Below are positions 1-6,872 of a stretch of 11,220 bases of DNA, piece after piece. A model generated the notes under the pieces. That model was not told the origin of the DNA, did not search any database, and worked only from the letters and a program-made list of their open reading frames with translations. The translations under genes and the position numbers were made by a program. This DNA is from a virus (taxonomy: Duplodnaviria > Heunggongvirae > Uroviricota > Caudoviricetes). Position 1 is the stretch's first letter. Each line of letters begins with the position of its first letter. Location of the stretch: IMG/VR virus record IMGVR_UViG_2529292832_000020. One strand, given 5' to 3'.

Positions 1-1254
1 ATGCTGGAACAAATGGGCATTGCCGCGAAGCAAGCCTCGTATAAATTAGCGCAACTCTCCAGCCGCGAAAAAAATCGCGTGCTGGAAAAAATCGCCGATG
101 AACTGGAAGCACAAAGCGAAATCATCCTCAACGCTAACGCCCAGGATGTTGCTGACGCGCGTGCCAATGGCCTTGGCGAAGCGATGCTTGACCGTCTGGC
201 ACTGACGCCCGCACGGCTGAAAGGCATTGCCGATGATGTGCGCCAGGTGTGTAACCTCGCCGATCCGGTGGGGCAGGTAATCGATGGCAGCGTACTGGAC
301 AGCGGCCTGCGTCTTGAGCGTCGTCGCGTACCGCTGGGGGTTATTGGCGTGATTTATGAAGCGCGCCCGAACGTGACGGTTGATGTCGCTTCGCTGTGCC
401 TGAAAACCGGTAATGCGGTGATCCTGCGCGGTGGCAAAGAAACGTGTCGCACTAACGCTGCAACGGTGGCGGTGATTCAGGACGCCCTGAAATCCTGCGG
501 CTTACCGGCGGGTGCCGTGCAGGCGATTGATAATCCTGACCGTGCGCTGGTCAGTGAAATGCTGCGTATGGATAAATACATCGACATGCTGATCCCGCGT
601 GGTGGCGCTGGTTTGCATAAACTGTGCCGTGAACAGTCGACAATCCCGGTGATCACAGGTGGTATAGGCGTATGCCATATTTACGTTGATGAAAGTGTAG
701 AGATCGCTGAAGCATTAAAAGTGATCGTCAACGCGAAAACTCAGCGTCCGAGCACATGTAATACGGTTGAAACGTTGCTGGTGAATAAAAACATCGCCGA
801 TAGCTTCCTGCCCGCATTAAGCAAACAAATGGCGGAAAGCGGCGTGACATTACACGCAGATGCAGCTGCACTGGCGCAGTTGCAGGCAGGCCCTGCGAAG
901 GTGGTTGCTGTTAAAGCCGAAGAGTATGACGATGAGTTTCTGTCATTAGATTTGAACGTCAAAATCGTCAGCGATCTTGACGATGCCATCGCCCATATTC
1001 GTGAACACGGCACACAACACTCCGATGCGATCCTGACCCGCGATATGCGCAACGCCCAGCGTTTTGTTAACGAAGTGGATTCGTCCGCTGTTTACGTTAA
1101 CGCCTCTACGCGTTTTACCGACGGCGGCCAGTTTGGTCTGGGTGCGGAAGTGGCGGTAAGCACACAAAAACTCCACGCGCGTGGCCCAATGGGGCTGGAA
1201 GCACTGACCACTTACAAGTGGATCGGCATTGGTGATTACACCATTCGTGCGTAA
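1..1254 (+). CDS. proA: gamma-glutamyl phosphate reductase (glutamate-5-semialdehyde dehydrogenase), complete
   Basis: 417-aa ORF beginning at the ATG at position 1; the translation is recognisable as full-length enterobacterial ProA; followed by thrW as in the E. coli proBA-thrW arrangement. Confidence 0.93.
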   Translation: MLEQMGIAAKQASYKLAQLSSREKNRVLEKIADELEAQSEIILNANAQDVADARANGLGEAMLDRLALTPARLKGIADDVRQVCNLADPVGQVIDGSVLDSGLRLERRRVPLGVIGVIYEARPNVTVDVASLCLKTGNAVILRGGKETCRTNAATVAVIQDALKSCGLPAGAVQAIDNPDRALVSEMLRMDKYIDMLIPRGGAGLHKLCREQSTIPVITGGIGVCHIYVDESVEIAEALKVIVNAKTQRPSTCNTVETLLVNKNIADSFLPALSKQMAESGVTLHADAAALAQLQAGPAKVVAVKAEEYDDEFLSLDLNVKIVSDLDDAIAHIREHGTQHSDAILTRDMRNAQRFVNEVDSSAVYVNASTRFTDGGQFGLGAEVAVSTQKLHARGPMGLEALTTYKWIGIGDYTIRA

Positions 1255-1368
1255 ATAAAACCGGGTGATGCAAAAGTAGCCATTTGATTCACAAGGCCAT
1301 TGACGCATCGCCCGGTTAGTTTTAACCTTGTCCACCGTGATTCACGTTCGTGAACATGTCCTTTCAGG

Positions 1369-1444
1369 GCCGATATAGCTCAGTTGGTAGAGCAGCGCAT
1401 TCGTAATGCGAAGGTCGTAGGTTCGACTCCTATTATCGGCACCA
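1369..1444 (+). tRNA. thrW: tRNA-Thr (anticodon CGU)
   Basis: 76-nt sequence GCCGATATAGCTCAGTTGGTAGAGCAGCGCATTCGTAATGCGAAGGTCGTAGGTTCGACTCCTATTATCGGCACCA with D-loop AGCTCAGTTGGTAGAGC, T-loop GGTTCGACTCC and 3' CCA; anticodon loop TTCGTAA gives CGT. Sits immediately 3' of proA. Confidence 0.9.
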
Positions 1445-1458
1445 TTTAAATCAATAAG

Positions 1459-2622
1459 TTACACATCATTAGTACCTTCCTTATTTTTTGACTGGGACAA
1501 ATTTGGGACCGATGGGTTTAGGATCGAGTCTATTTGCCGTGCGTGTTCGGTAAGGTGATTAGGTGCAAGGTGAGCATATCGACGAACCATTTCGATAGAC
1601 TCCCAGCCTCCCATTTCCTGTAACACTGACAACGGGACTCCGGCTTGAACCAGCCAACTTGCCCATGTGTGTCTCAAGTCGTGAAATCTGAAATCATCAA
1701 TACCAGCCCGTCTCAGCGCCGCTTTCCAGGCTGTGTTTGCGTCATACCGCATCTTCCTGACTGTTGGCGCTTTCGTTCCGTCTGGTTTGGTACAGCTTTC
1801 CTTGTACACAAATACCCAACGGTGATGATTCCCGATTTGTTTTTTCAATACGCGACATGCAGTATCATTCAGCGCAACGCCAATTGCGCGGTTTGATTTA
1901 CTCTCTTCCGGGTTTATCCATGCCACCCGGCGCTGCATATCTATTTGTTGCCATTCAAGGTTGATGATGTTCGAGCGTCTTAGGCCTGTTGCCAGTGCAA
2001 ATTCAACAACAGACTTTAATGGCTCCGGACATTCATCAATCAGCCTTTGTGCTTCATGGGGCTCCAGCCAGCGGATCCGTTTATTCTTTGGTTGGGGCAC
2101 TTTAATAATTGGTGCCTTATCCAGCATTTTCCATTCACGCTCTGCGGCTCTTAGTAGGGCCTTTATAAATGAAAGATGCGTAGCCTTCGTTGCAACGGAC
2201 GCTGGTTTTGGCGTGTATTCTGGAACAGGTTTCCCTTTTTTTCTGCATGCTTCTGCCCTGAGTTTCCAGTTTTCCTCATGACGCCGGTTCGTCATTTTCT
2301 GCATTGCTGAATAAATTTTTGATTCAGTAATGTCTCTTAGTTGCATTCCTGCGAAATGTTGAAGCCAGAATCCGATCCGGCTTTTGTCATCGTCCAGTGA
2401 TTTTTTATGTGCTTTCTCTTCAAGCCACCTGACACACGCTTCCTCGAACGTTATATCAGGTATTTCACCAAGTTTGCTGACCCGCCATGCTTCAGCCTTT
2501 AGCTTGTCATGGAGTTCTGTCGCCTGCCTTTTGTCCTTTGTTCCAAGAGACTGTTTAAATCTTTTACCGTTCGGCAATGTGAAACTGGCGTACCATATTT
2601 CACCTCTGCGGAAGAGTGACAT
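1459..2622 (-). CDS. int: tyrosine-recombinase phage integrase (P22-type Int)
   Basis: 387-aa ORF, ATG at 2620-2622 with AGGAA Shine-Dalgarno upstream. N-terminus [33 protein letters not shown] matches my memory of P22-family Int; C-terminal RHTWAS...VRRYAHL is the catalytic R/H-x-x-R/Y region. Stop codon lies 15 nt from the tRNA 3' end. Confidence 0.9.
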   Translation of the reverse strand: MSLFRRGEIWYASFTLPNGKRFKQSLGTKDKRQATELHDKLKAEAWRVSKLGEIPDITFEEACVRWLEEKAHKKSLDDDKSRIGFWLQHFAGMQLRDITESKIYSAMQKMTNRRHEENWKLRAEACRKKGKPVPEYTPKPASVATKATHLSFIKALLRAAEREWKMLDKAPIIKVPQPKNKRIRWLEPHEAQRLIDECPEPLKSVVEFALATGLRRSNIINLEWQQIDMQRRVAWINPEESKSNRAIGVALNDTACRVLKKQIGNHHRWVFVYKESCTKPDGTKAPTVRKMRYDANTAWKAALRRAGIDDFRFHDLRHTWASWLVQAGVPLSVLQEMGGWESIEMVRRYAHLAPNHLTEHARQIDSILNPSVPNLSQSKNKEGTNDV

Positions 2623-2849
2623 TTTCTTTCCTCTGTTATGCCATCACCCGCGCTCACCTGGACAGTATGCAGCGGAGACTGAAGAGCCGCAATGCAGGCT
2701 TGTCGTGTTGTGAGGTAAGGAGATTTATTCTTAGTGGGATCTTTGCGTGTTGCCTGAAGACGCCCTGTGCGTATCCAGTTAATGGCAGTCGGTCTGGATA
2801 TCTTGAGAAAATGACAGGCCTCATCGAGTGTGAGGCTGTATGGCTCCAT
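2499..2849 (-). CDS. xis: excisionase (P22-type Xis), about 116 aa
   Basis: Started from the internal ATG at 2847-2849 ([36 protein letters not shown]...), not the track's longer 144-aa version. This ATG shares one base with the upstream gene's stop (TAATG). The 3' end overlaps the int start. Recognised as a P22-like Xis from memory. Confidence 0.7.
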   Translation of the reverse strand: MEPYSLTLDEACHFLKISRPTAINWIRTGRLQATRKDPTKNKSPYLTTRQACIAALQSPLHTVQVSAGDGITEERKCHSSAEVKYGTPVSHCRTVKDLNSLLEQRTKGRRQNSMTS

Positions 2850-3154
2850 TATTTCACCTCTTGCTGTGACATTGTTGAAAAATGGATACCAGCTCGTTGC
2901 TGCCAGACGATCCAACCGAGAGTCATATCCCATGCCATGTATTCGTTATCGCCGTTTTTTGCTCTCCGACGATCTACTAAGTCACCGAAACGCTTTTCCA
3001 TGAATAATTCATAAGCTTCGCGTTCATCTGGTTCTACTTCCAGAGATAGGAGTGCGATTTCATAAGCACGGCGCTCAATATCGTCTCGCACGTCAAGGCT
3101 GCTGATACGCTCTTTAATTTCTTTAATCAGTTCTTTGTCGGTAAAAGTGGTCAT
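2849..3154 (-). CDS. hypothetical phage early protein (YfdT-like, 101 aa)
   Basis: ATG at 3152-3154 overlapping the upstream stop (TAATG). Length and position match my recollection of yfdT next to the excisionase in KplE1/CPS-53; no function inferable from the sequence. Confidence 0.55.
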   Translation of the reverse strand: MTTFTDKELIKEIKERISSLDVRDDIERRAYEIALLSLEVEPDEREAYELFMEKRFGDLVDRRRAKNGDNEYMAWDMTLGWIVWQQRAGIHFSTMSQQEVK

Positions 3155-3516
3155 TATGCTCCAGCCTCCGGTGCTTTTGGCATTACTGCCCAGTGAGTGA
3201 TATTGACGTTTTCAAGGTCCCCGACCTGAAATGTCCACTGCCATTCTCCGGTTTCTTTTTGTCCCCAGGTGTACCAGAGAGAACGCCAGCCAATTAGCCA
3301 GCCTTCTCCGTTAGCATCGAATAACAAAACACTTTCATTTGCTGGTGGCAGTTCAGTTGACACTGGTATTACTTTGTTTTCCTGTGCTGCACATTTAGCT
3401 TCAAGCGCATCGAATTTACGCACTAGGTATTCAGCATCTGTTTCATTTACTTTCAGATCTCGCGGTACACATCTCCCACGAAGAAACCCTTCCATTTCGA
3501 AAACATTCATGCGCAT
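3154..3516 (-). CDS. DUF551-like phage protein (YfdS-like, about 118-120 aa)
   Basis: ORF with Trp-rich core and a C-terminal ...ITHWAVMPKAPE resembling the THWMPLP signature I associate with DUF551. ATG at 3514-3516; an alternative ATG at 3508-3510 forms an ATGA overlap with the upstream stop. Confidence 0.55.
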   Translation of the reverse strand: MRMNVFEMEGFLRGRCVPRDLKVNETDAEYLVRKFDALEAKCAAQENKVIPVSTELPPANESVLLFDANGEGWLIGWRSLWYTWGQKETGEWQWTFQVGDLENVNITHWAVMPKAPEAGA

Positions 3517-4043
3517 TTGCGTAACTCCGATAACTCGTTAAAGCGTTCCATAAACATCCCGTAGGCATGGCCCGGTGCCAGTGGAATCACGTTGAACATC
3601 TCTGTTGCCGGGATACCTTCCAGTACAGGCCAGAAAGAGCCATCATCAAGCCCGAGATCGCGGCGTTCGGTTGCCAGCATGATGAGATCGGCATATTTCA
3701 CGGGCGTACTCATAACTGGGGGTAACCCGTATTTCTCACGGATTACGGCGTCTATTTTTTCTTCCATTTGTTTATAGTCAGGAAGAAGGCGTTTCAGTGG
3801 TGCGGGAATGTCCTGGCAATACGCTTCTGTTGCATCATGCATTAACGCTTCAAAAGCAAATTCCTGCGGCACCAGCTGGCTGCAAAGAACCGCATGTTGG
3901 GCGACGCTGTAGAAGTGCGAAAGATGACCGGCAAAGCGACAGATATTTGAAAGGGAAACCGCGATATCGTTAATATCGATGTCGTCTTTATTTATCTTGT
4001 CATAATAAAAATGCTTCCCGGAAAAAGTTTTAATAAATGACAT
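3507..4043 (-). CDS. HD-domain phosphohydrolase, probable 5'-deoxynucleotidase (YfdR-like, 178 aa)
   Basis: The track ORF starts at a GTG (4070); I place the start at the ATG at 4041-4043, preceded by GGAG 6 nt upstream. HD-domain residues are visible (VAQHAV..., ...LMHDATEAY). Matches the length I recall for K-12 YfdR. Confidence 0.78.
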   Translation of the reverse strand: MSFIKTFSGKHFYYDKINKDDIDINDIAVSLSNICRFAGHLSHFYSVAQHAVLCSQLVPQEFAFEALMHDATEAYCQDIPAPLKRLLPDYKQMEEKIDAVIREKYGLPPVMSTPVKYADLIMLATERRDLGLDDGSFWPVLEGIPATEMFNVIPLAPGHAYGMFMERFNELSELRKCA

Positions 4044-4170
4044 TTTGTTCTCCACGTATATGCGCTGCACCGCGCTGAATTCTGGTAAAAAGAATCCCTC
4101 ACCATCCGGCGATTATTGAGTAAATTACGTTTCCATAAATGCCCCCGCAGGGGCATTTGCAGTAATGAAA

Positions 4171-4995
4171 TCAGGCGGTGAAAGTACCAATAAAGGTTTC
4201 TACTTTGCTGTCCTTGAATTTCTCAACAAGCAGATCACGAAATTCGTTAGCCATTTCTTCCTGCACCGCCTCCAGCTGAATAATGCGCAGAACCAGTACA
4301 GGACGATCGCCAGTGATAATACTGAGGCGTAATTTAAACGGACGTTCTTTCAGACCTTCAAACGGAACGCATTTAAATTCAAATGCCACTGGCATAATGT
4401 CTTTGGTCTTCGCTTCGACAGACTCCATCAGGGAGCGTTTGCCGCTGAAGTCATTATCTTCAAAATCAGCGGTCTGGTTTGCTTCAATCGTGATTTTACG
4501 GACAGCCGCAGCCGCTTTTGTTGCCTGAATAGCGTCACCATTAGCATCAAAGCCCACAAGATAGTCGGCCCAGTCTTCAATCCATTCTGCTAGTGACTTC
4601 TGGGAGTTACGCTCGCCGTTAACAGACAACAGAGCAGAGAACGGTGCTGTCTTTTTCAGTTTGAGTGTGGCGGTGTTATCTGCGTGACCTGGTTCATCAA
4701 TAGTACCCAGGTTAAGCACACTGACGGCACGCATATTATCAGCATCGATAAAGCAGCGGGTGCCTTCATCTGCAAGATCTTTAGAATAACGGGTAAAGTC
4801 ATCGATGCTGGCAGTGGAAAGCGCACCACGGAAACGGAAGCGATTTAAATTAAATTTTTCCAGATCATGAATGCGGAAATTCTCAGGCAATGCCACAGCA
4901 TCGGCACCAATCTTACTGATAATTTCATTAACACCCTGAGCAGAAATAAGGGCATGGATTTGATTAATTGCGGTTGCGTCTAAGTTCTGAGACAT
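4171..4995 (-). CDS. DUF2303-family phage protein (YfdQ-like, 274 aa)
   Basis: 274-aa ORF, ATG at 4993-4995 with GAGGA Shine-Dalgarno. Length and sequence gestalt match K-12 YfdQ as I recall it; function unknown. Confidence 0.75.
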   Translation of the reverse strand: MSQNLDATAINQIHALISAQGVNEIISKIGADAVALPENFRIHDLEKFNLNRFRFRGALSTASIDDFTRYSKDLADEGTRCFIDADNMRAVSVLNLGTIDEPGHADNTATLKLKKTAPFSALLSVNGERNSQKSLAEWIEDWADYLVGFDANGDAIQATKAAAAVRKITIEANQTADFEDNDFSGKRSLMESVEAKTKDIMPVAFEFKCVPFEGLKERPFKLRLSIITGDRPVLVLRIIQLEAVQEEMANEFRDLLVEKFKDSKVETFIGTFTA

Positions 4996-5060
4996 AATAA
5001 GTCCTCACTATATAAAGATATTCAGTGATGAGATAAATAATCAGTTAATTAAAAACGATA

Positions 5061-5423
5061 TTAACGACCTGCTGCGCGGAGTTTTCCGTCAGGTTCACCG
5101 GCAAGAGTCAGTAATTGTCCTTGGTCTTCCTGCAGAATAGTCAGGCGACCACCGCGATTGACATACATCGGCGTTTCGGTGGTGTCTTCTTCGGAAATTT
5201 TCCCGCGGTTAGTCGGGCGAACATATGAGAGTTTGTGTTTGATTTTCACTCGGTTCTCATCAAACGGTTCGATTTCCAGGTTGAGCGAGACCTTACCTTT
5301 GGTTTTCGTGTTCATCACACCGGAAGCGACTTCACTGAGAACTGCGCCGATTTTGGTTTCAAATACGCCGCCGTCCAGCTCCCCGATAAATGCCTGCACA
5401 TCAGTACTGCGTTCGCTAGCCAT
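5061..5423 (-). CDS. hypothetical phage early protein (YfdP-like, 120 aa)
   Basis: The track's 226-aa ORF has a Cys/Trp/Arg-rich non-protein-like N-terminal extension. I start at the internal ATG at 5421-5423 (MASERSTDVQAFIGELDGG...), which has a GAGGAG Shine-Dalgarno 7 nt upstream and gives 120 aa. Confidence 0.68.
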   Translation of the reverse strand: MASERSTDVQAFIGELDGGVFETKIGAVLSEVASGVMNTKTKGKVSLNLEIEPFDENRVKIKHKLSYVRPTNRGKISEEDTTETPMYVNRGGRLTILQEDQGQLLTLAGEPDGKLRAAGR

Positions 5424-5561
5424 TTTGCTGCTCCTCATCATATCGACCCTGCAAGGTCGGTTAGTTTCTCCACAAAACAGAGAAGAACACCTGCGGTGAC
5501 TGCCGCCCGGATGGATTGGGTTATGAGCCCGTCGTCCGGTGATGCTCTTCTCTGTTTTGTA

Positions 5562-5605
5562 AAAAGGACGGTACCAGCCGGAAGCAAGGGTACAAGCTGG
5601 TACCG
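5562..5605 (-). terminator. candidate intrinsic terminator or attenuator on the minus strand, upstream of the early-left operon
   Basis: On the minus strand, a 10-bp perfect stem (plus-strand CGGTACCAGC at 5569-5578 and GCTGGTACCG at 5596-5605) with a 17-nt loop is followed within 2 nt by UUUUU (plus-strand A-run 5561-5565). The large loop weakens the call. Confidence 0.35.
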
Positions 5606-5827
5606 CCAAGACTACACACAGCATAAAGTTGTGGTGCCGGGTGCCTCCCGGTGCCTGGCGAAGGTTGTACACCAGACGGGTGGGTATCCACAGAAGGTCG
5701 ACTGTCAGCCTCAACCTTAACCCGCGTGCGCTGAGCCGCATTCACCACAACGCTAAGGATTCTCTCTGGTTGAAAATACTTAGCTGTTATGTGCCTGCTT
5801 TTAGCCACATCAGGCGAGGTGGACCTG

Positions 5828-5866
5828 GTTATTCCCCAACAACAAGGATTCGGTATAATCTGGATA
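5828..5866 (+). promoter_or_regulatory. candidate promoter of the AT-rich insert operon (consensus -10 TATAAT, weak -35)
   Basis: Exact TATAAT at 5854-5859, about 30 nt upstream of the AGGAAGGA ribosome-binding site of micro-ORF A. No good -35 (ATTCCC/TTCCCC). Flanked by direct repeats CCCAACAACAAGG (5835-5847) and CCCAACAACAGG (5868-5879). Confidence 0.35.
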
Positions 5867-5891
5867 TCCCAACAACAGGTAGGAAGGAAAT

Positions 5892-5975
5892 ATGTACGTA
5901 GATAGCAATGAAAAATTTCATGTTCCGGTAAATCAGAGACCAGCACCGATCCCTGAGCCGAAACCTGAAATGTAA
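5892..5975 (+). CDS. micro-ORF A, 27-aa proline-rich peptide (MYVDSNEKFHVPVNQRPAPIPEPKPEM)
   Basis: ATG at 5892 preceded by AGGAAGGA; stop TAA at 5973-5975, 10 nt before the membrane-protein ATG. Paralogous to micro-ORFs B and C with synonymous codon differences. Too short for the supplied ORF track. Confidence 0.4.
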   Translation: MYVDSNEKFHVPVNQRPAPIPEPKPEM

Positions 5976-5985
5976 GGGAATAGAG

Positions 5986-6465
5986 ATGACTCGAGACGAT
6001 CTAGCATTCGATATTCATTATTCTTTCTTTCTTGAGAAAATGAATTACACCCTTTTAAATCGGATAGACAAGAGCATAACTCTTGTTCTCATTGTCTTGG
6101 GCTTTTCTGTTTTTGCGCCATATAGCAATATGTTTATTTTTGGCGCATCTGTAGCTATTTTGTCGGTGCTTCAATTGGTATACCAATTTGGGCAGGAAGC
6201 TGGCTTATCAAAGGAACAGATGCGACAGTATAAAAGGTTGATTGTTGAGTTTTCCTCCCTTTCTGATGACGAACTACGCACTCGGTTTTTAAAGGTTCAA
6301 GACGCTGATAGTAATCCATGGAGATCTTTACAAGATGCTGCGTTCAAACGGACCTGTATTGCGCTGGGACGTGTTGATGAGTCAGAAATATCATTCATGC
6401 ATAGCGTTATCGCATGGTTTGCTGGAGATTTGCCTCGGTCAAAAAGGTGTAATAATGACAAATAG
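5986..6465 (+). CDS. two-transmembrane membrane protein of unknown family (159 aa); candidate exclusion/defence effector
   Basis: ATG at 5986. Two hydrophobic helices (ITLVLIVLGFSVFAPY and MFIFGASVAILSVLQLVYQFG) separated by a 3-residue turn, then a charged soluble C-terminal region of about 95 aa. Opposite strand to all neighbouring phage genes, AT-rich, with its own -10 and terminator. Confidence 0.75.
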   Translation: MTRDDLAFDIHYSFFLEKMNYTLLNRIDKSITLVLIVLGFSVFAPYSNMFIFGASVAILSVLQLVYQFGQEAGLSKEQMRQYKRLIVEFSSLSDDELRTRFLKVQDADSNPWRSLQDAAFKRTCIALGRVDESEISFMHSVIAWFAGDLPRSKRCNNDK

Positions 6466-6571
6466 AATTCCCATAATCCCTAACCATGTACCTCCAAAGC
6501 CCAGACCACCATCACCAAAGTCACACAGGCTTTATGAGTATGAATTAATAATGGATTCTATATTGAGATGA
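6455..6571 (+). CDS. micro-ORF B, 38-aa proline-rich peptide (MTNRIPIIPNHVPPKPRPPSPKSHRLYEYELIMDSILR)
   Basis: ATG at 6455 with AAGGTG 5 nt upstream; overlaps the last 11 nt of the membrane-protein gene in another frame. Shares the HVP...PRPPSP core with A and C. Confidence 0.35.
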   Translation: MTNRIPIIPNHVPPKPRPPSPKSHRLYEYELIMDSILR

Positions 6572-6575
6572 CCAA

Positions 6576-6665
6576 ATGAATGCATTTATATATACATGGA
6601 AAGAGGATCATATACCCTTAAAACCTCGTCCTTCACCGCCAGAACCGAAGCCAAAATCCCGTTAA
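6576..6665 (+). CDS. micro-ORF C, 29-aa proline-rich peptide (MNAFIYTWKEDHIPLKPRPSPPEPKPKSR)
   Basis: ATG at 6576, 5 nt after the ORF B stop; stop TAA at 6663-6665, about 30 nt before the terminator. Core HIPLKPRPSPPEPKP aligns with A (HVPVNQRPAPIPEPKP) using different codons (R as CGT vs AGA; P, E, K synonymous changes). Confidence 0.35.
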   Translation: MNAFIYTWKEDHIPLKPRPSPPEPKPKSR

Positions 6666-6693
6666 GTGTTGGGGATCTCCAGATTGTTAAAGA

Positions 6694-6722
6694 GCGAAGC
6701 GTCCTATAGGGCGCTTTTTTGT
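6694..6722 (+). terminator. rho-independent terminator of the insert operon
   Basis: GC-rich hairpin GCGTCC-TATA-GGGCGC (6699-6714, one G-U pair) followed by TTTTTTGTT (6715-6723) on the plus strand, directly after micro-ORF C. Confidence 0.6.
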
Positions 6723-6805
6723 TGCTAACGAATCATCCTGGACTTCATATGCCCCAGGCGGCTACTTCGTGGGCGTCCTGCCTGTTCGTTGTTTCGCTTG
6801 GGTAC

Positions 6806-6833
6806 ATTATGTATCTCAAAGGTACATTGTCAA
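6806..6833 (-). promoter_or_regulatory. candidate leftward early promoter (PL-like) with an operator-like palindrome in the spacer
   Basis: Minus strand reads TTGACA (plus 6828-6833), a 16-nt spacer, then CATAAT (plus 6806-6811). The spacer contains ATGTAC-N7-ATACAT (plus 6809-6827), one mismatch from the OR palindromes. Lies immediately downstream of the repressor terminator. Confidence 0.45.
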
Positions 6834-6834
6834 G

Positions 6835-6860
6835 TATAAAAAAACCTGCCGAAGCAGGTT
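6835..6860 (-). terminator. rho-independent terminator of the repressor gene
   Basis: On the minus strand, 13 nt after the repressor stop: 7-bp stem AACCTGC/GCAGGTT (plus 6843-6849 and 6854-6860) with 4-nt loop, followed by UUUUUUUA (plus-strand A-run 6836-6842). Confidence 0.55.
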
Positions 6861-6872
6861 CATAAACATTGA

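Noticed and set aside
741-1335. Minus-strand ORFs of 103 and 129 aa inside and overlapping proA
   Set aside because: They lie antisense within a well-recognised full-length proA and have Cys/Ser/Ala-rich composition typical of antisense frames.
1255-1368. Inverted repeats in the proA-thrW intergenic region (CCGGGTGATGC...GCATCGCCCGG and TTCACG-TT-CGTGAA)
   Set aside because: Likely ordinary proA terminator and thrW promoter/upstream elements of the host; nothing points to an unusual function.
1645-2713. Plus-strand ORFs (83, 66, 106 and 109 aa) across the integrase region
   Set aside because: Antisense to the integrase gene; low-complexity Ser/Cys-rich translations with no start-codon context.
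5061-5741. The 226-aa extended version of the yfdP-like ORF
   Set aside because: The first 106 residues are Arg/Cys/Trp-rich and unprotein-like; the internal ATG at 5423 has a strong GAGGAG Shine-Dalgarno and gives the 120-aa length I expect for this family.
5600-5900. Retron msr/msd-like or other reverse-transcribed ncRNA in the GC-rich structured segment
   Set aside because: No reverse-transcriptase gene anywhere in the window, and I could not find the flanking inverted repeats that bracket retron ncRNAs.
5521-5946. 141-aa minus-strand ORF in the leader region, considered as a possible N-like antiterminator
   Set aside because: No ribosome-binding site, Cys/Trp/Pro-rich composition, no arginine-rich N-terminal motif; the region is better explained as structured non-coding RNA/DNA.
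5986-6465. Calling the 2TM protein SieB outright
   Set aside because: Only the position near PL and the small membrane-protein architecture fit; I cannot verify sequence similarity from memory and the orientation is opposite to the early-left operon. Kept as a hypothesis only.
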